From assembly GCA_047967505.1 (NCBI GenBank), contig CM106538.1: a stretch of DNA of 64,000 nt. One strand, given 5' to 3'. This DNA comes from Dipteris shenzhenensis. Taxonomy: Eukaryota. The translations under genes and the position numbers were made by a program. Shown in pieces: positions 1-14,900 of this stretch (within the stretch, counting starts at the first letter, position 1; the number at the start of each line of letters is the position of its first letter). The notes under the pieces are model-generated. The model was not told the origin of the DNA. It saw nothing but the letters and a program-made list of their open reading frames with translations, and did not search any database.

Positions 1-689
1 ATATGTGCAAATAAAAGGTCAACGTACATGTAATGTACAAAGGAATAAATGAAAATGGATGTATTATATGAGCATTACAGAAAATCTGATTAGCAACTTG
101 ACGAGGCAACAATCCATCAGAGAGTTGTATAATATTCCTCAATTTCTACGTTAATACTCAATCGCAAAGATTTATCAACAAGGTATGCACACTAAAATTC
201 AGTGTATGTAAACAAAATTTCAACGACAATAGAATGTACAAAAGTACTGCTGAACGATGATATCACCTGACCACCTAGTGACTTGATAAATGCCCTGCCT
301 TTCCCAGGACGTAGGATGCAATTTGCACTCAAAACAACCATAAAAAGTAAACCAAACCACAATTACTTCTGACTTGAACCCTTGACAGAGTAGATTTAGC
401 TAGATACGGTAAATACTCTGCACTTGTAAAGAAGCATTCGCACTAAACAAGCCATCAGATGTTAAATTCTAAATTCCCAATAATGATTCCCTGATCTGGC
501 TTCACGAATAAAACCCATGCCGCCAGTGAATTCCAGCCAATATTGTATTGGCGAACAATGACAGTAAAACCAACGAAAGTATAAGCTTCTCTCAACAGAT
601 CGTCCCATCAAAGAGGATCAGCATTAACAAAAGCCAGACAATATATCTTCCTATATTATTTCTCATCTATACAAAATCCCATTTTTGGA

Positions 690-992
690 TCAAACAGGAA
701 CAGAGCAGCCCAAGGAGTTTGCTGCCTCTGCGAGATTTGAAACAGACATACCCAGTGCTCTTAGGTTATGTGTTTCCCACGAAACACATTGCTCTACTGT
801 TCGAGCCCAGTCATCAATCTGTTCCTTTGAAGCATTTCCATCAGCATACCTTGACCCATATATATCACCATCTTTCTGAAGCTTTGGCCTAAGAGATTCT
901 GAGCTCAGCACATTTTGAAGTAGGGCCATACTCAATGCCCTAACATGTGCACTATTGTGGGACAAGCAGCGAACGATTGAGGGGAGCCGCCT
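690..992 (-). CDS. GI: GI exon 14 (last coding exon)
   Basis: RRLPSIVRCLSHNSAHVRALS...LGCSVPV-stop; CAG acceptor at 993-995. Confidence 0.93.
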   Translation of the reverse strand, partial: RRLPSIVRCLSHNSAHVRALSMALLQNVLSSESLRPKLQKDGDIYGSRYADGNASKEQIDDWARTVEQCVSWETHNLRALGMSVSNLAEAANSLGCSVPV

Positions 993-1018
993 CTGAGAAT
1001 TATTCAGAGGAAACCCTT

Positions 1019-1066
<48 letters not shown>

Positions 1067-2853
1067 GCAAACAAATCAGGATGCGCTCTTCATTTAAAAT
1101 TAGCACGATTCTCAACTAGGTCACCATCATCACTTCACATCTTTGAAGAAATGCGCAAAACTATGGCTACTGAATCCAAGCATCAGCAAAATTCATTAAG
1201 TCATGTCAGTTAAGATATGAAACAGAGAACCCCTCCATTTCTGTCCAAAGCACAGAAGTAGAGAGTTAAAATGCTTGGGGACTGCTGGAATTGCAACTTT
1301 ATATTGCTGGAGCCCACACAAAAGCCCTAGATGCTGGATGAAAGCCTTCTGCTTCTGAAAGTTGGATATTTTTAGAAAAATTACAAAAGACTACATGTTG
1401 CCCTCCGCTGTAAATAGCAGTTTAGGGAGAACATTATCTAATTGAAACGACTAATTCTACAGGAAAGAGGCCTTCAGAAAAATAAATATATAACCACAAA
1501 ACCAAGAAACTCAAAGCTCCACGAACAGCCTGCACATGTCAGAGGTTATAGAGCAGATTTTGCAATGCCCATCCGCTCCCCCTTCCTCTCCGCTCCCTTC
1601 CGTAGCCACTTCCTCCGGGTTCCTCTGCTCCGCTCTCCTCTTCCATTCGCCCTTTTTGCTGGCCCTCTTCCCCGGTAGCCTTGCCATTGTTCACTGGTTA
1701 ACAGCCTATAGTTCACTGGTCTCCCACCGTGATTGTGTGGTCTGAGGTGCTGTGGGTGCAGCCCAGAGCCTAGGCGGAGCTACCAAAGCAGACCCCAAGT
1801 CGCAGATGCCCCTAGAGACACACACTAGGTGCTTGCGCAGCCCCTAGAGCTGTCCCGTGCAGAGAGTGTCTAGTGCTCCCCATTTCAGCCTGCATCTGTT
1901 CTGGAGGCCCACATTGCTGGTCAAGGCTCTCCTTCCCACCTGGTGGAGTCGTTGTACAGCTTGGAAGGGGGGGTCTTCAGCAGAGGTCATATACCTAGAT
2001 GAATCCAAGAGCATTCCCAAACTCATCATCTAAAAACACAACATAGTGCACTTTCAATCTCACGATAGTCACTCGTACCATTGAAAACCACAAACTCCGT
2101 CACGCAGAGCAGGGACTTGCTACAATGACATACCTATTGACGTCATCAGCGCCCAACAGAGGGTGTAGACCATAGTATAAAAATATGCTCTCACATATAC
2201 AAATCAGCAGCCCCCCACAGCTAGTGTCTTCCTTGGCAGGCTATGGGCTTTTCTTCAAGAGCTTTGGGCAAGGTTTTTGGAAGGCTAGTGACTTCATTCC
2301 ATGCTGTGAGCCTCCTTTATTTTTCTGGCTTTTTCCACCCAGCCTTTCAGGAGATTCCCGCTCCTCTTTCCTCTCTCTCCCTCCCCTTTTCTTCCTTACT
2401 TGGAAGTGGAGCACTCGTGCTTGTTTTTTTTGGAAATCAAACCTGGTGGTGACCCTTGGTTTGGCAAGAGGAGCTCTCCTGGCAGCATCCTTGACTCTCC
2501 ATGCTGTTAAGGTCCTCCTTTCCCTAGCAGACAAGCAGCAAGTTAAATTGAAGCAGCCACTTCAAGACAAAGCAGTAGGACTTTTCGATTCACACCCTCG
2601 AGGCTCTAGATACAGAGCAATCTTAGCCTAGAGGGGGACCACATCTCGTGGAACAGAGTCCTATTCGCCTAGGCCCATACGTGGTGCATCTCTTCCCCTG
2701 GTACCATAGTTTCACTATGGAGGACTGTGAGAAGTGCAACGGAACTGAACAGAAAGGAGGGGCAAACCAACCCACACACAAACTGAACTGAGAGAGAGAC
2801 AAAGAGAGAGAGACTGCAAGGGAGCTCAAACAAAATGTTGGAGAAATCATAGC

Positions 2854-2900
<47 letters not shown>

Positions 2901-5900
2901 TGTGTGTGGGGGGGTGTGTGTGTGTGATGTGCTCTACTAGAGATCTAGTACTGGTTTGATGTATGATAACTCATCACCTCAGCTCCAAGCCTACCAGCGA
3001 GCCACCCACCGTGAGTATAGTAGAGCTCGTGGCAAACCTGACTAGCTTCCAATCCCAAACACGACCTCCATTCTGGTCCATAGTCAGCTCGCACGATCTC
3101 TCCATGCAGCAGCTTGCAATCACATACGATTCTCAGCAAACGGCTTCTCCAGCCAGCGCAATACTCCATGGTCCCTCTGCCTTTTGACCAAGAGCCAAAA
3201 ATGCATGCGCATCCGTCGTCCAGCCAACCCCCTCTCTGGTTCCCAAGGCAACTTGCCAAATTGGTTTGCATGGGCATGCCACGTAGCAGCCCACGTTTTC
3301 ATCTTTTCGTTGGTCTTTAGTTTGCCCCCAACCCTTCTATGTAGTCAACTCCAATGGCCCAACTTGAAAACTAAGAAAAGTTTGCTCTTCTTGGTCCAAA
3401 CCACAAATTTTAACCCCAATGAATTAATTGCTAGGGGGTTCTAGCACACCAAGCAACCCATGACCTTGCTCCTTGATTTCCCAGGGTTGTGCCTATTGGC
3501 TATGGCAAGCAATGGAAGCTCAAAAATGGAGAAAACACGGAGAAAAACGAGATGATGTAATAGATTGCATCAAAACTGAGAGTGGTGGCTTAATAGGGAG
3601 CCAACATAACAAAACCCTAGGGCTAACTTTCCTAACTAGACTAAGCGTCCTAATTGACCTAGGTGGTATATGTACTAACTATACCAATAGTCCTAATTGA
3701 CTATAACTAGGCCTTTAAGGCAAATACCAAGGAATAAGTGGCACCTATGGATAGCCCATAGAATGGCCTAAAAATCCCCCTCCATGGTATGGGCTGAAGT
3801 ATCCTGGACATGGCTCATAATACATGAATATCTAATGCCATGGCTGCAAATGTTCGTCCTGTAAAGATATAGCAACCTATGACTGTACAGAGTACCACAA
3901 ATCAAGTTACAAAAGATGTTAAGTTTAAAGCTTGCCGAAAAGCCTCAAACTTAGGTCGAGGTAGAGCCTTCCTAAAAAGAACTTCCAAGTTGTCTTCAGT
4001 GGGAACATAAGACAACTGAATATCACCTGCTGATAATCACACTCTAACATAGTGATAGTGAACTGTGAACCTCAATATGCTTTGTGCGAGCATGGAAAAA
4101 AGGATTCCGTGCAACAGCCAAAGCACTCTGACTATCAGTGAAGATGACGGTAGGAGCGATCAAGCATACATAAAGATCTGCAACTAGCTTCCGAAGCCAA
4201 ACACACTCCACTATAGCTGTAAAAGCTGCTTTGTACTCATCTTCACAGCTAGAAGTAGCAATTGTATTCTCCTTCTTGCTGAACCAAGAAACACATGAAG
4301 TACTAAGCATGAAACAGTTGCCACTATATGACACACAAGTGTCCGAACAACCAGCCCAATCACTATCAATGAATCCATGCATGACAAGTGAAGTATCAGC
4401 CCCATAAAGAAGGCCTAAATGCGGAGTGTCTTTGAGATATCAAAAAACACACTTCACGGCATGCCAATGGTGCATAGATAGGCTGAGTATATATCTACTC
4501 AACTGTGAGACAACATACTGTAGACCAAGTCTCGTATGGCATAAGTAAACCAAACAGCCAACTGCTTGCTGATAGAGAGTGACATCACATGTACCGCTGC
4601 CATCCTCATAAGAGAAGCGAAAACCAAGCTCTAAGGGTGTAGATACTTGCCTGCAATCCTCAAACTGAAAACGCTGCAAAAGCTGTCCAAGGTACTTGAA
4701 TTGTGACATCAAAATGCCCCCCTCACTGCTAGCAAATTGGATGCCCAGATAGTAGTGCAAAAGACCAAGATCAGATATAGCAAATGTCCTCTGTAAATCA
4801 AGCTTAAAATCTACAATTTGTTGCGCATGTGTCCCACTCACAAGCATGTCATCCACATAAAGGACTAAAATCAGCAAATCTGTCCCACGCTTGCGGATGT
4901 AAAGAGTATCCTCTATAGGGCTGTTCTGAAAGCCAAGAGTGAGCAAATGAGTATGAATCCTGGAATACCAAGCCGGAGGTGCCTCCTTCAAGCCATAGCG
5001 AGATTTTTTAAAGCGGCATATCTTGCTTTCAGAATTGTGAACCTCAAAGCCAGGAGGTTGGGAAACATAGACCTCTTCCTGCAAATGCCCATGAAGGAAA
5101 GCTGTCTTGATATCAAGCTGGTGTACCTTCCAATGAAAGTGGGTAGCAAAGGCAATAACAATGCAAATAGTAGTGATCCTGGAAGTGGGAGCAAAAGTCT
5201 CCTCAAAGTCAATGCCATGATGCTAAGAATAGCCCTTAGCAACAAGACAAGCCTTGTAACGATCCATTGAACCATCCACCATAGATAAAAGACTTCATAT
5301 CTAAGAATGTGCGAACTTTTTTCATTATGGCATCTTGATGACATAATGGCTCTTCATTGCATGCTGTAGCAACCAACGCATAAGCAACAAAACTAGCATG
5401 CTCTTTTTGGACAGCTCCTCTAGTACGGGTTCGCAAAGGAGTATCTTGTTTGCTGTCTTTTAATGTGTCAAGGAGCCAACGGGGTACCTTTTTGGGCTCC
5501 TGAATTTCACCAGTCAAGAGCCGTGTGCAAATGGTCCTGATCAATGAGGCATATCATGCTGAATACCTAACTGCACATGTGGCTGCAAATGACCAATAGA
5601 GGGAGGAAGGAGGTACAACCTCAGATGGAACATCATTCTGAGCATCGGATGGAGACAAAGGCATCAAGCTATCGAAAATCTCTGGGGCATCAACAAGGGG
5701 CTGTTTTCGACAGTCCAGCAAAGGCATAGAGGTGGATTCATCAAACACAACATCCTGATTGAGAAAACACTTGCCTGTGCGGGGCTGGTAGAGCTTATAG
5801 CCCTTGCACTCTCAGCTATACCCAATAAAAATGCACTTGACAGCTTTATCATCCAACTTAGTGTGTGTCTGTGAAGGCACATGAGCATAAGTTAAGCATC

Positions 5901-8900
5901 CAAAAGTCCTCATGTGAGAAAAATGTGAGGCTTACGACCCGCCCAAGCCTCATAAGGTGTGATAGTTTGCAAGGCCTGGATTTCAAGGCGAAAATCCAAG
6001 TGTAATTAGTGAAGTCATCAATAAAAGTGACAAAATAATAGAAGCCCCCAAGAGCTGCAACCCTCATAGGTCCACAAACATCACTATGAACCAGATAAAG
6101 CTTGTGTGAAGCACCAACTCTCCCATCCTTGGGAAAGTAGCACGATGCATCTTACCAAGCAAGCATGGTTCAGCTGTGTAAACTGTAAAAGAGAGCTGAG
6201 AAAGCTGAGGAAACAGTGTCCAAACCTCTCTCCGTTTGCTGGTCCAAACCTCTGACTGTTGTGCTGCGTGGTCACCTTCAGATCAGGCTGAACTGATGGC
6301 CAAGGGACTGAGGCTAGAGCAGGGCCAGATCTGAGGATCTCAGGGGCTGCACAGGAGGCTGAAGTGGAGCTGTAGGAGGACTGAAGGCAGGAGCAAACTG
6401 AATGAGAAAACAGGGCAGCCAAGGGGCCCTTTTATAGGGCTGGACTGAGCCAACCCAGTCTGTAAACAGACCGACTCAGTCTGTTTTACAGACTGGTTGG
6501 CCTACAACCAGCCTATAAAAAGCCCTCCCTGGCTCATTTGCCAGGGGAGTTTTTGGGCAGCCTGCTTCCCTGCTTACCTGTCCAGCCTTTGGGGACCCTA
6601 AAGGGACTCCTAAAGCCCTCCCTGGCTCATTTGCCAGGGGAGTTTTTGGGCAGCCTTTGCAGGCTGCCTTCCCTGCTAACCTGTCCAGCCTTTGGGGACC
6701 CTAAAGGGACTCCTAACCTAGGCTAAGACCTAAACTATAAGATGTAACCACTTAACCTACTGTTCTCCAGTGGGTACTAGTGAACAAGAACTGACTACTG
6801 ACTTGACCTAAGGCTGAGAGACTGACCTACGTAGCTTGTGCCTGACTGTCCTTGGACAAGGGCTCACAAAGGGGTCACAGCATACGACAAAATCTCCTAT
6901 CTGGGAACTATAATGCACTTGTCGATGTAGCTAGTGTGTCACCTTGCACCCAAGTGCAGGGGTGCATGTGACACACTTGCCACTCATGGGAGCACAGCCT
7001 TTATGCTGAGTTCTCTAAGAATCCGGAGGTGAAGGGGAAGACTACATCAAGATGTCGGCTAGCGCTTATAAAAAGGCAACTCAAAGATAGCAATGATTCT
7101 CTTCATCCAAGCTATCAGCCTGCTTATGAAGCCAAATAATTTCAGTTAAGCCTCTCCCAAAGAGAAGCATAAATAAACAAAAGATCTTATAAATGTAACT
7201 AATAGGGCTACATAACAATAACAAAACAAGAAATATTACAAATCAGAAGAACATCTATCATATAAATCGATTATATATTTACTGTGTGCTCTTGTGCATA
7301 TGCGTATTACCTTCAGACTTAGCTTCCAATATATTGATGTCAAAACTGGAAACAGTATTTGGGAGAGGCTTAATACACGAAAGAGCTTATAACTGTAACT
7401 AATAGGGCTACATAGCACTAACAAAACAAGAAATATTACAAATCAGAAGAACCTTTCTCATATAAATCGATGATATATTTACTGTGTGCTCTTGTGCATA
7501 TGCGTATGACCTTCAGACTTAGCTTCCAATATATTGATGACAAAACTGGAAACAGTAATAAGGACCACAACATCAAAACGATTATAGTAGACAACTCGGA
7601 CTTTTTAATCCATATGACTCCATGTGAAAGATCCCCATGCCTATGAATTACCTTCAATAGAGCTGAAAAGGAATCTACAGCAGAGCTGTCGAAAGGCACC
7701 AACACCTGTGTAGCAACGGCAGTGGCCTCTAGCAACTGTACAAGGAAAGTCAGCATTAGGCATATTCTTAAAAATATGGCATATAAACTGAACAAACAAA
7801 ATGGAGTGTGTGGACAGGCACATGAACCATCCTGCTACCAAAAATACAAAGAGACTATGAAAAAAAGAAATGAATAAAGATACCTCTAATTGAGACATAG
7901 TACAAGCTTCACCATCAACAGCCATCCTTTCAGTCGCCTGATCAAGAAGACCAGGAGACTTGGCAACTACTTTCAAAGCCTCAGGTGCACTGTGAAGACG
8001 AAGAAGCTCAGTCAAAAGGCACAGTATTCGCTTGTTGACTCTCCAAATATGCTGAAATTCTGGCACATCTTCACTTCCTTTCCATACCTGCACGTCCCTT
8101 TCGGCCTACAAAGCAGCTTGATAAAAGAACATCTTATGAAACCAGCACAATGATGCTTGTGATATCGACTCGATACAGAGCACCAGTACACCTCTTTCGA
8201 GCCTCAATCTGGCCCAGCTGAGATCTACTTGCAATATATAACCTTATTCTTTCAATTATAAAAGCTGGGAAGGGGGCTTGACAAAAAAACCTCAAACATC
8301 CACCCAATCAGGTGACTGGCAATTGAGCCCAGCAGAGCAGAACTAATGCATTTTCTTATCGAAGAGCATAGCATAAGCACCCCTTAAACCATCAAATGGG
8401 CACTTAAACTTGACATCACAAACGCTTATTTTTATCTCTTAAAAGAAAACAAAGGCTTGAAAGAAAGCATATCCACCTGAAACACAATCACTGAAGCTGC
8501 CTTCACAGGGTATACTAATGCTATGTTGCAAAGAGCTTCCACTACCTAGCATATCATGTTATGAGACAATGCATTAGTATCAAGGCGATTACCAAAAAAC
8601 AAGAAACTGCTCAGTAGCACATGCAATTAGATTAAAAAGGCAAAAAAGCTTCCTTTTTCAGGGCAGCTCATACCTGTCGCCAACCTCTCTTGGCAGAGGT
8701 ACCTTCACCACCAACCGGCAGTTCAGGTGCAGTTATCAGTCTTTGCCAGAGCAAAGGCACAGCTGCCACAGACAAATTTTCCTTTTCTTGTAGCACAGCT
8801 TTGACAAGAGTACCCACATTGTCGTTCAGATCATTATGCCTATCCATACAGAGGAGTGACACAACATCAGAAGCATTTATGGGAAGGTTAGCCAAAGCTT

Positions 8901-11900
8901 TTCCTGTAGATGGTTTCAAAGCAGTGGTTATAGACATCTGCTCTAGCCCATCAGAGCTTCTCGACCCTCTATCACAACCATGGCAGACCTGCAGTGTCTG
9001 GACAATATCCTGAGTCTGAGAAACCGCTGATTGAGCCTGGATTCTTGATTCATGAACTGAATCTGTAGAATGTTGCTTAGATTCCTTTGTAGAAACTTCA
9101 TGTGCATGAGAATCAACTGTAGTGTCAACCACTGTAGCCACAACCTTTGCATTTTGTTCAACAAGGGCTAACACAGTGGCTGCTTTAGAAGACAACTGAG
9201 GCTCCCACTTGCAACGCATGATAGCTGTCAATGCATGCATACATGCCTTTGATCTTCCCAAAAGATCTGATATATGGGCAGCAACCACCGCAGCTGCAAC
9301 AATCCCGCCAGAACTGCTGTTCCCATTACCTGGAATGCTGTAAGAAGAACATGGAACCAGAGCAAGAAAGGCCTCTAGTAGCCTGAGGAGCCTTCTTGCA
9401 TGATCGGCTGCAGAAGCAACTCCACTGTCTAAACTAATCAAAGGTTCAACATGCTGCAGGTCTGTGGCTCCTGATCCTGCTGTTTGGGAGGGTGTCTGTT
9501 TTGATTTCTCTCGCATGTGTGCAGATATTGAGAGGAGCTGTACTTCACATGCTAAGGCACAGACTGCAGCAACAATATAAGAGTCAAAAGTAGAGACTGC
9601 CCCCCTCTCTTTTCCAGAACAGCGTCCAGAGGGCCTCAATCTCACCTTTGCCTGAGGTTCTCCCTCATCGTTTGATGAGTCGTTGGAGATACAAGCACTT
9701 GACTTTCTGCTACCTTGTTGCACTGCATCATGGCTTAGGCATACTGTAAAAGCAATTGAAAGAAGTCGTGCAGCAAGACCTGCTGATGGACATGCCTCCG
9801 TAAACAAAGAGTGCACCATAGACCGGAGTTCTGCAATAGCCACATGATTTAGGCCAGATCCACCAAAACCAGTTCGGTGAAACCTTGCAAGCCCATTTCT
9901 TTGTTCTTGACTATCTTCCATGGGAAAGGTTCTGTGTAAAATCACTTCTACCGTGGCAGTAAATATTCTCAACAAGCAAGCCTCTGCGGGACTTCCATGG
10001 GGTAAATATTCGAGCACACGCAGGAGAGGCCGGAAAAGATTCCAAGATAAAGAAGGGGGTTGTAACGGTGTTGCCACAACAAGTTCTGGCAGATCAACAG
10101 TAGAGGAATTCAGAGGCAGAAGACCATAGGCTACCTCCCAAAGTGTGCATATCCGCCACTCAACATCTGGCCCATGGTCACACATTAAGGATGCTATTCC
10201 TCTTGCAGTTGCCTCTTCAGTAGCTCTTGCAGCAGCAACCTCCATCTTCTCAAGAACAGCAGTTATCATGTGAGTAAGAAAATTTTAATTATTACAATAA
10301 GCATAAGTGATATTGAAATAAAAAACTCAGGATGGGCTCTACCTGATCCTTAATTGACGATGGCCTTGCAGATCCATAGACAGATTGTCTACCATGGACA
10401 TCTTGAGCATGCCCAGGTGGAGGGAACAGCAAGGCTGGCTGTGAAAACACACGGAATAGCAAGGCTGCCGCTGCATCTGCTGCAATCCCTGACCGCATGG
10501 CCATTGCTGCCCCCACTGGTCTCAAAAAGTGCAGATGCAACCAGTTCCTAGGAAGCTGCACAATAAGCATAGCAAGGCAAGATTAACAACAAGAAGTTCA
10601 CACATTAATGCTACAATTTGCAAAGCTAGAACAACAGCACTACAAACTGTCAGTACTGAAAGCCATTCCACAGTTAAAATATTATTCCCCAGCCTCTCTG
10701 CTGAGTCATGAAATCAACCCAGATACGAAATTCAAAACAAGGTCAATTCAAATCGCTAATATGGCTGACACTATCCAAATGTGAAAGCCCTTCTCCATGA
10801 CATCCACAACCAATGATTATGATGGGAGACCGCCTTCTGAAACCCGGTCAATTTATAACAAGTGAAGCTAAATGGTAGATCGTTGAACCTTGGCATCAGC
10901 ACCCCTTTTTCTTTGACCGTTGTACAGCATCATGATAATTGCTATCACAATGTGAAAAAGTTATTCCCATAGATAGAAACCCCATAGCCCCAAACAAAAT
11001 AGAGTTTTCCACATGCCTGATTAACCAAAGTTCTAATAGTGCAAACCAATCACATTTTTGTTACTGCAAGCACGATATGCATAGCTCGTTTACATAATCC
11101 CTCCCTAGTTCGTCTTTATGTCACTTAAACCTTGAGAGATATATTGCCGATTCAAGTAGCTATTAAGAGCTGAACAGTCAGCCCTGCATAGAGAGTGATA
11201 CAAAAGCTCAATTTGGACAAGCTCTCAAAAAAAGAAAACAGATATAGATCAATTTTTATTTACCCTGGGCTACAAGTGCTAAAATAGAGAGCTTACTTGT
11301 ATTAAACTAGTGATTGTTGTCCTTGTAGAGCATTGAAACACATGTTAAGATAAGAATCTGAAAGTAGCTAATCTAATCTCTTGTAATGGATCTTGACACA
11401 GGCTCAAACGCACATTGACCAGCAGATCCTCAATTACAATTTTATTTTATTTATTTTTTGCAAAAAGAGACTTCTATTAAGTATTAAAGAAAAACCGTTA
11501 GAGCAAGCTCCATACGGGATATATCATGCAATGCACGAAAAGCTCAAAAGCCAAAAAGAAAGGATTGAGGCTGATAGTGTCATCTCAATCCGGTAGAAAC
11601 CTCCGAGAAAAAGGGAGAACCTCTCCAAACTCGAAGAAATATAATCCTTCTGGAAGAGGCTGCCCGTGAAGGGCCCTGCATGCTAGCCCATATGGGTATC
11701 AAAGTGTGAACCGTGTCAGACCAAATACCCGTGAAAACCTGTAATGGGTGTATCTGGGTGCCATCCAAGGCCTCAGTACATCTAGCTCTCCAAATATGCC
11801 AAGAGGAAATGCTAGCCAAAATCTCCCAAGAGGTGTCCACTGAAACATGAGAAGCTCTGAAGGGAGTAAGTGGTACATCATGTAGAGAGCAGGGCTCTAT

Positions 11901-14900
11901 CACCTGCCCGCGGACCGAGAGTGCCCAGGAAGAAGGCTCACCCTCATAAAACACCTGGGGCCCGGTAAGAGATAACCATGCGACCGAGGAAGTGTGAAAG
12001 ATGCTGAGTATCCGAGCAACCCCTTTCCAAACAGTCCTCGCCTGACTGCAGTCCCAAAGGCAATGTCGCACTAACTCCTCTGCAGAATGGCATCGAGGAC
12101 AAGTGGGATCAGCCCCAAATCGTGATCTCCACAGGTTCACTGCAATCCCTCCATGAATAGAAAGCCAAAAGAAAAGAGTGATCTTTCTATTTCTGAGGGA
12201 TTTCCAGAGCCTCCTCCAGAAATTTCTACGCCAGTCTGCGGTGATGAAGAAGCTTTCCCAATGGGGGGCTCTGGAGGGAATCCAACCCCTACTGTTCAGC
12301 TGAAACCTCCTGGCATTACCAACCGTGAAACGAAAGAAGGGAATCCCCCTCTCTTGGTGCCCATGATCTATCCATTCCCACTCTCCTGGGGCCCACTGCA
12401 AGCACCTAATAGGTGCACCTCCATATAACCACAACCTCCAGGATCCCAAGGCCAAGAGCATAGGGTCGGGGTCTAAGTACCACTGCAAGCCCGCTCCAAG
12501 GTCCACAAAACCAGCAATTATGCTTTTCAATAGTCGCAAAATGAAATCAAAGCACATGACAAGCTCTTTGGTACTTGCAACGTGATGCAGAAAGTACTCT
12601 AGGGCAAAGGTTCCTCAGGTCTTTTCCAGGTCAAGGAAGAAATGCAGTCCAGACTTCTATGTTTACGTCTGTTTACTCCAACTTGCTCAGGCCATGAACA
12701 GATTCCAAAGTTTCGTTGTTCCCTCCTTTGGAAATAAAAATTTTGTTGTTGATACTCATGGAACAGAATGTAATATCTAATCTTCTATATAATAAATATA
12801 TAACTTTTCTGCCCCATAAACAAAAGGAATCTGAAAGTAGTGACCTATTACATAGGAGCTTGTGGTAGGTCTACCGCACTAGCAAGAGTTTGGTACCTGC
12901 CCCAAGATTATAAAGGCATCAACAAGGAGGCTTGCTAACATCTAACAAAACAACCTTGCTCCCATCATCCATGGCTAGCCAACTTGTCAAGATCAAAGCA
13001 TGTACTACCCGAAGATGGAAGGACAAGAGCTGTCCACAAATTGAGAGCGGCAAATGGGGACCTCTCAACAGATGGAGAGAAAGAAAGAAATAAAGTTTAT
13101 TAAAGTTTACTAAAGACCTATGGGTCTATGAGACTAATAGAAAACCCGATACGATGAGCAAAAGGGTGAAGCTACTAAGCAAGCACCCTAACCCATGCTA
13201 GAAAACTGTGTAGACATAGTCAATGCCATCATCATACAGATCACCATAGTCATCATCATCATAACAGATGTAATACGAAACGATACCATCCAATACAATG
13301 CAGCACACACATGGCATGAAACATCAAGCTATGCCCAGTGACAAGATAGGCCGTGTAGACAAGAAGCCCGTGATAGATCGCCTTCTACTGTCTGGAGGAG
13401 TAGTCCCTTGTGCCCTCCTAGCGGCTACTGTATGCCTAACAAGCGCCACAATAACCCCTGTCGATCGTATACCAGGTCCGAAAATAGATGAGATGTCATC
13501 TAGCATGATCAGTCTTTGTTGAGTGTGGTACGTCTCGGTCTCGGGGTCTCTGCCTCTCTTGCTATCTATGATTGGGGAGGCAGCATGCTTTGGCTGGAAG
13601 TACTCTATGATCACACTCTAAGATGGGTCAGATAAGACCTCCCACCCCTATCTCTGTGATCTGATGAGGCACTCCACACTTAGACTATCAAGTATCAACA
13701 TCTCTCCCCAATCTGAGTAAGTGTATCCTTCTAGCTCGCTCCCTAGGAGTAGACAATATCATTGTCCTAAGTTCTTCAAATACCATAGAACTCTAAACAA
13801 TGTGTCTGATGTGGTGACTATGAGAACTTGCACGACACCTTTAACATAGTTGTGTCGATGAGTGTAGATGAGATAGAGAAGACATGCCCTCGGCTATGAG
13901 AGCTTACTCAATACCCCAACTACAAAAGAATTGTCATGACGAGTGTTATCAACTGATGATAGCTAGTGCAATCCACCACGAGACGAGTCATCTTTGGAAA
14001 GCTTACTCCCCGGATCCATGGTAGTAACTACTAGGCTGCAATCTATCATCCACAATCCCTCCAAAAGCTCCAGAAAATAAATGTGTTGGCTATGAAATAT
14101 TCCACCAACCATCCTCTATATCTCCATTCCAAGGAACTAATGAAAGCTCCCCAAGATTTGGTCATCTCAAATTCATTTTGAAGCATAACATGTATCACCT
14201 ATCATGCTATGATGATTTTCAGAGATGATAATGTAATGAACCAAATTCTCTTACTCTCCTCAAATTCTTGATTTCAACTCGATTTGTTGAGAAACTAAGA
14301 CTCTATGACTACTTTAGAGGCCCTCCTCCAGTATTCAAGTTGCAGTATCGCCACCATGGCCTCCATATGAGGTATTTTTTTCCCTACCCTATTTGTTTCC
14401 TACGCTAGACTAGACTAGATTGACTATCTACATGCATAGGACATAGCCTATGTGCTCTCCAAGTTGTGTAATATTGGTCATGACGTGAGAGTCGAGAATG
14501 ATGGAATGAGCAAGGTGGAATGCATGAAGATGGGATGTGAACACGCGAGTGGTCACACCTCATCAATGTCGGGTGTGACAGGCAATAGAAACCTAGAAAA
14601 AGAGAGATAGAAAGCCAAAAACGAGCTGCTATGATCAAAATGCTGCAAGTACAAGTGTGGAGACTCAAGGGAGAGCCAACATAACAAAACCCTAGGGCTA
14701 ACAGCCCTAACTAGACTAAGTGTCCTAACTGACCTAGATGGTACATAAACTAGCTGTGCCAATAGCCCTAACTGACTATAACTAGGCCTACAAGACTCAT
14801 ACCAAGGTATAAGTGGCATCTATGGATAGCCCATAGAGTGACCTACAAACCCCCCTCCATGGTATGGACTGAAGTATCCTGGACAAGGCTCAGGATACCT

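Noticed and set aside
2185-3448. ORFs and a possible TG..CA solo LTR (2928-3448) in intron 13
   Set aside because: Looks LTR-derived, but no matching TSD, PBS or protein motif was found, so no feature is called.
8668-10269. 533-aa ORF as a stand-alone gene
   Set aside because: It is GI exon 10 read through its splice sites.
11354-12840. 14-bp direct repeat GAATCTGAAAGTAG (11354-11367, 12827-12840) as the LINE TSD
   Set aside because: It lies ~70 bp from the A-rich tail and ~310 bp from the end of LINE-like coding sequence, so it does not abut the element.
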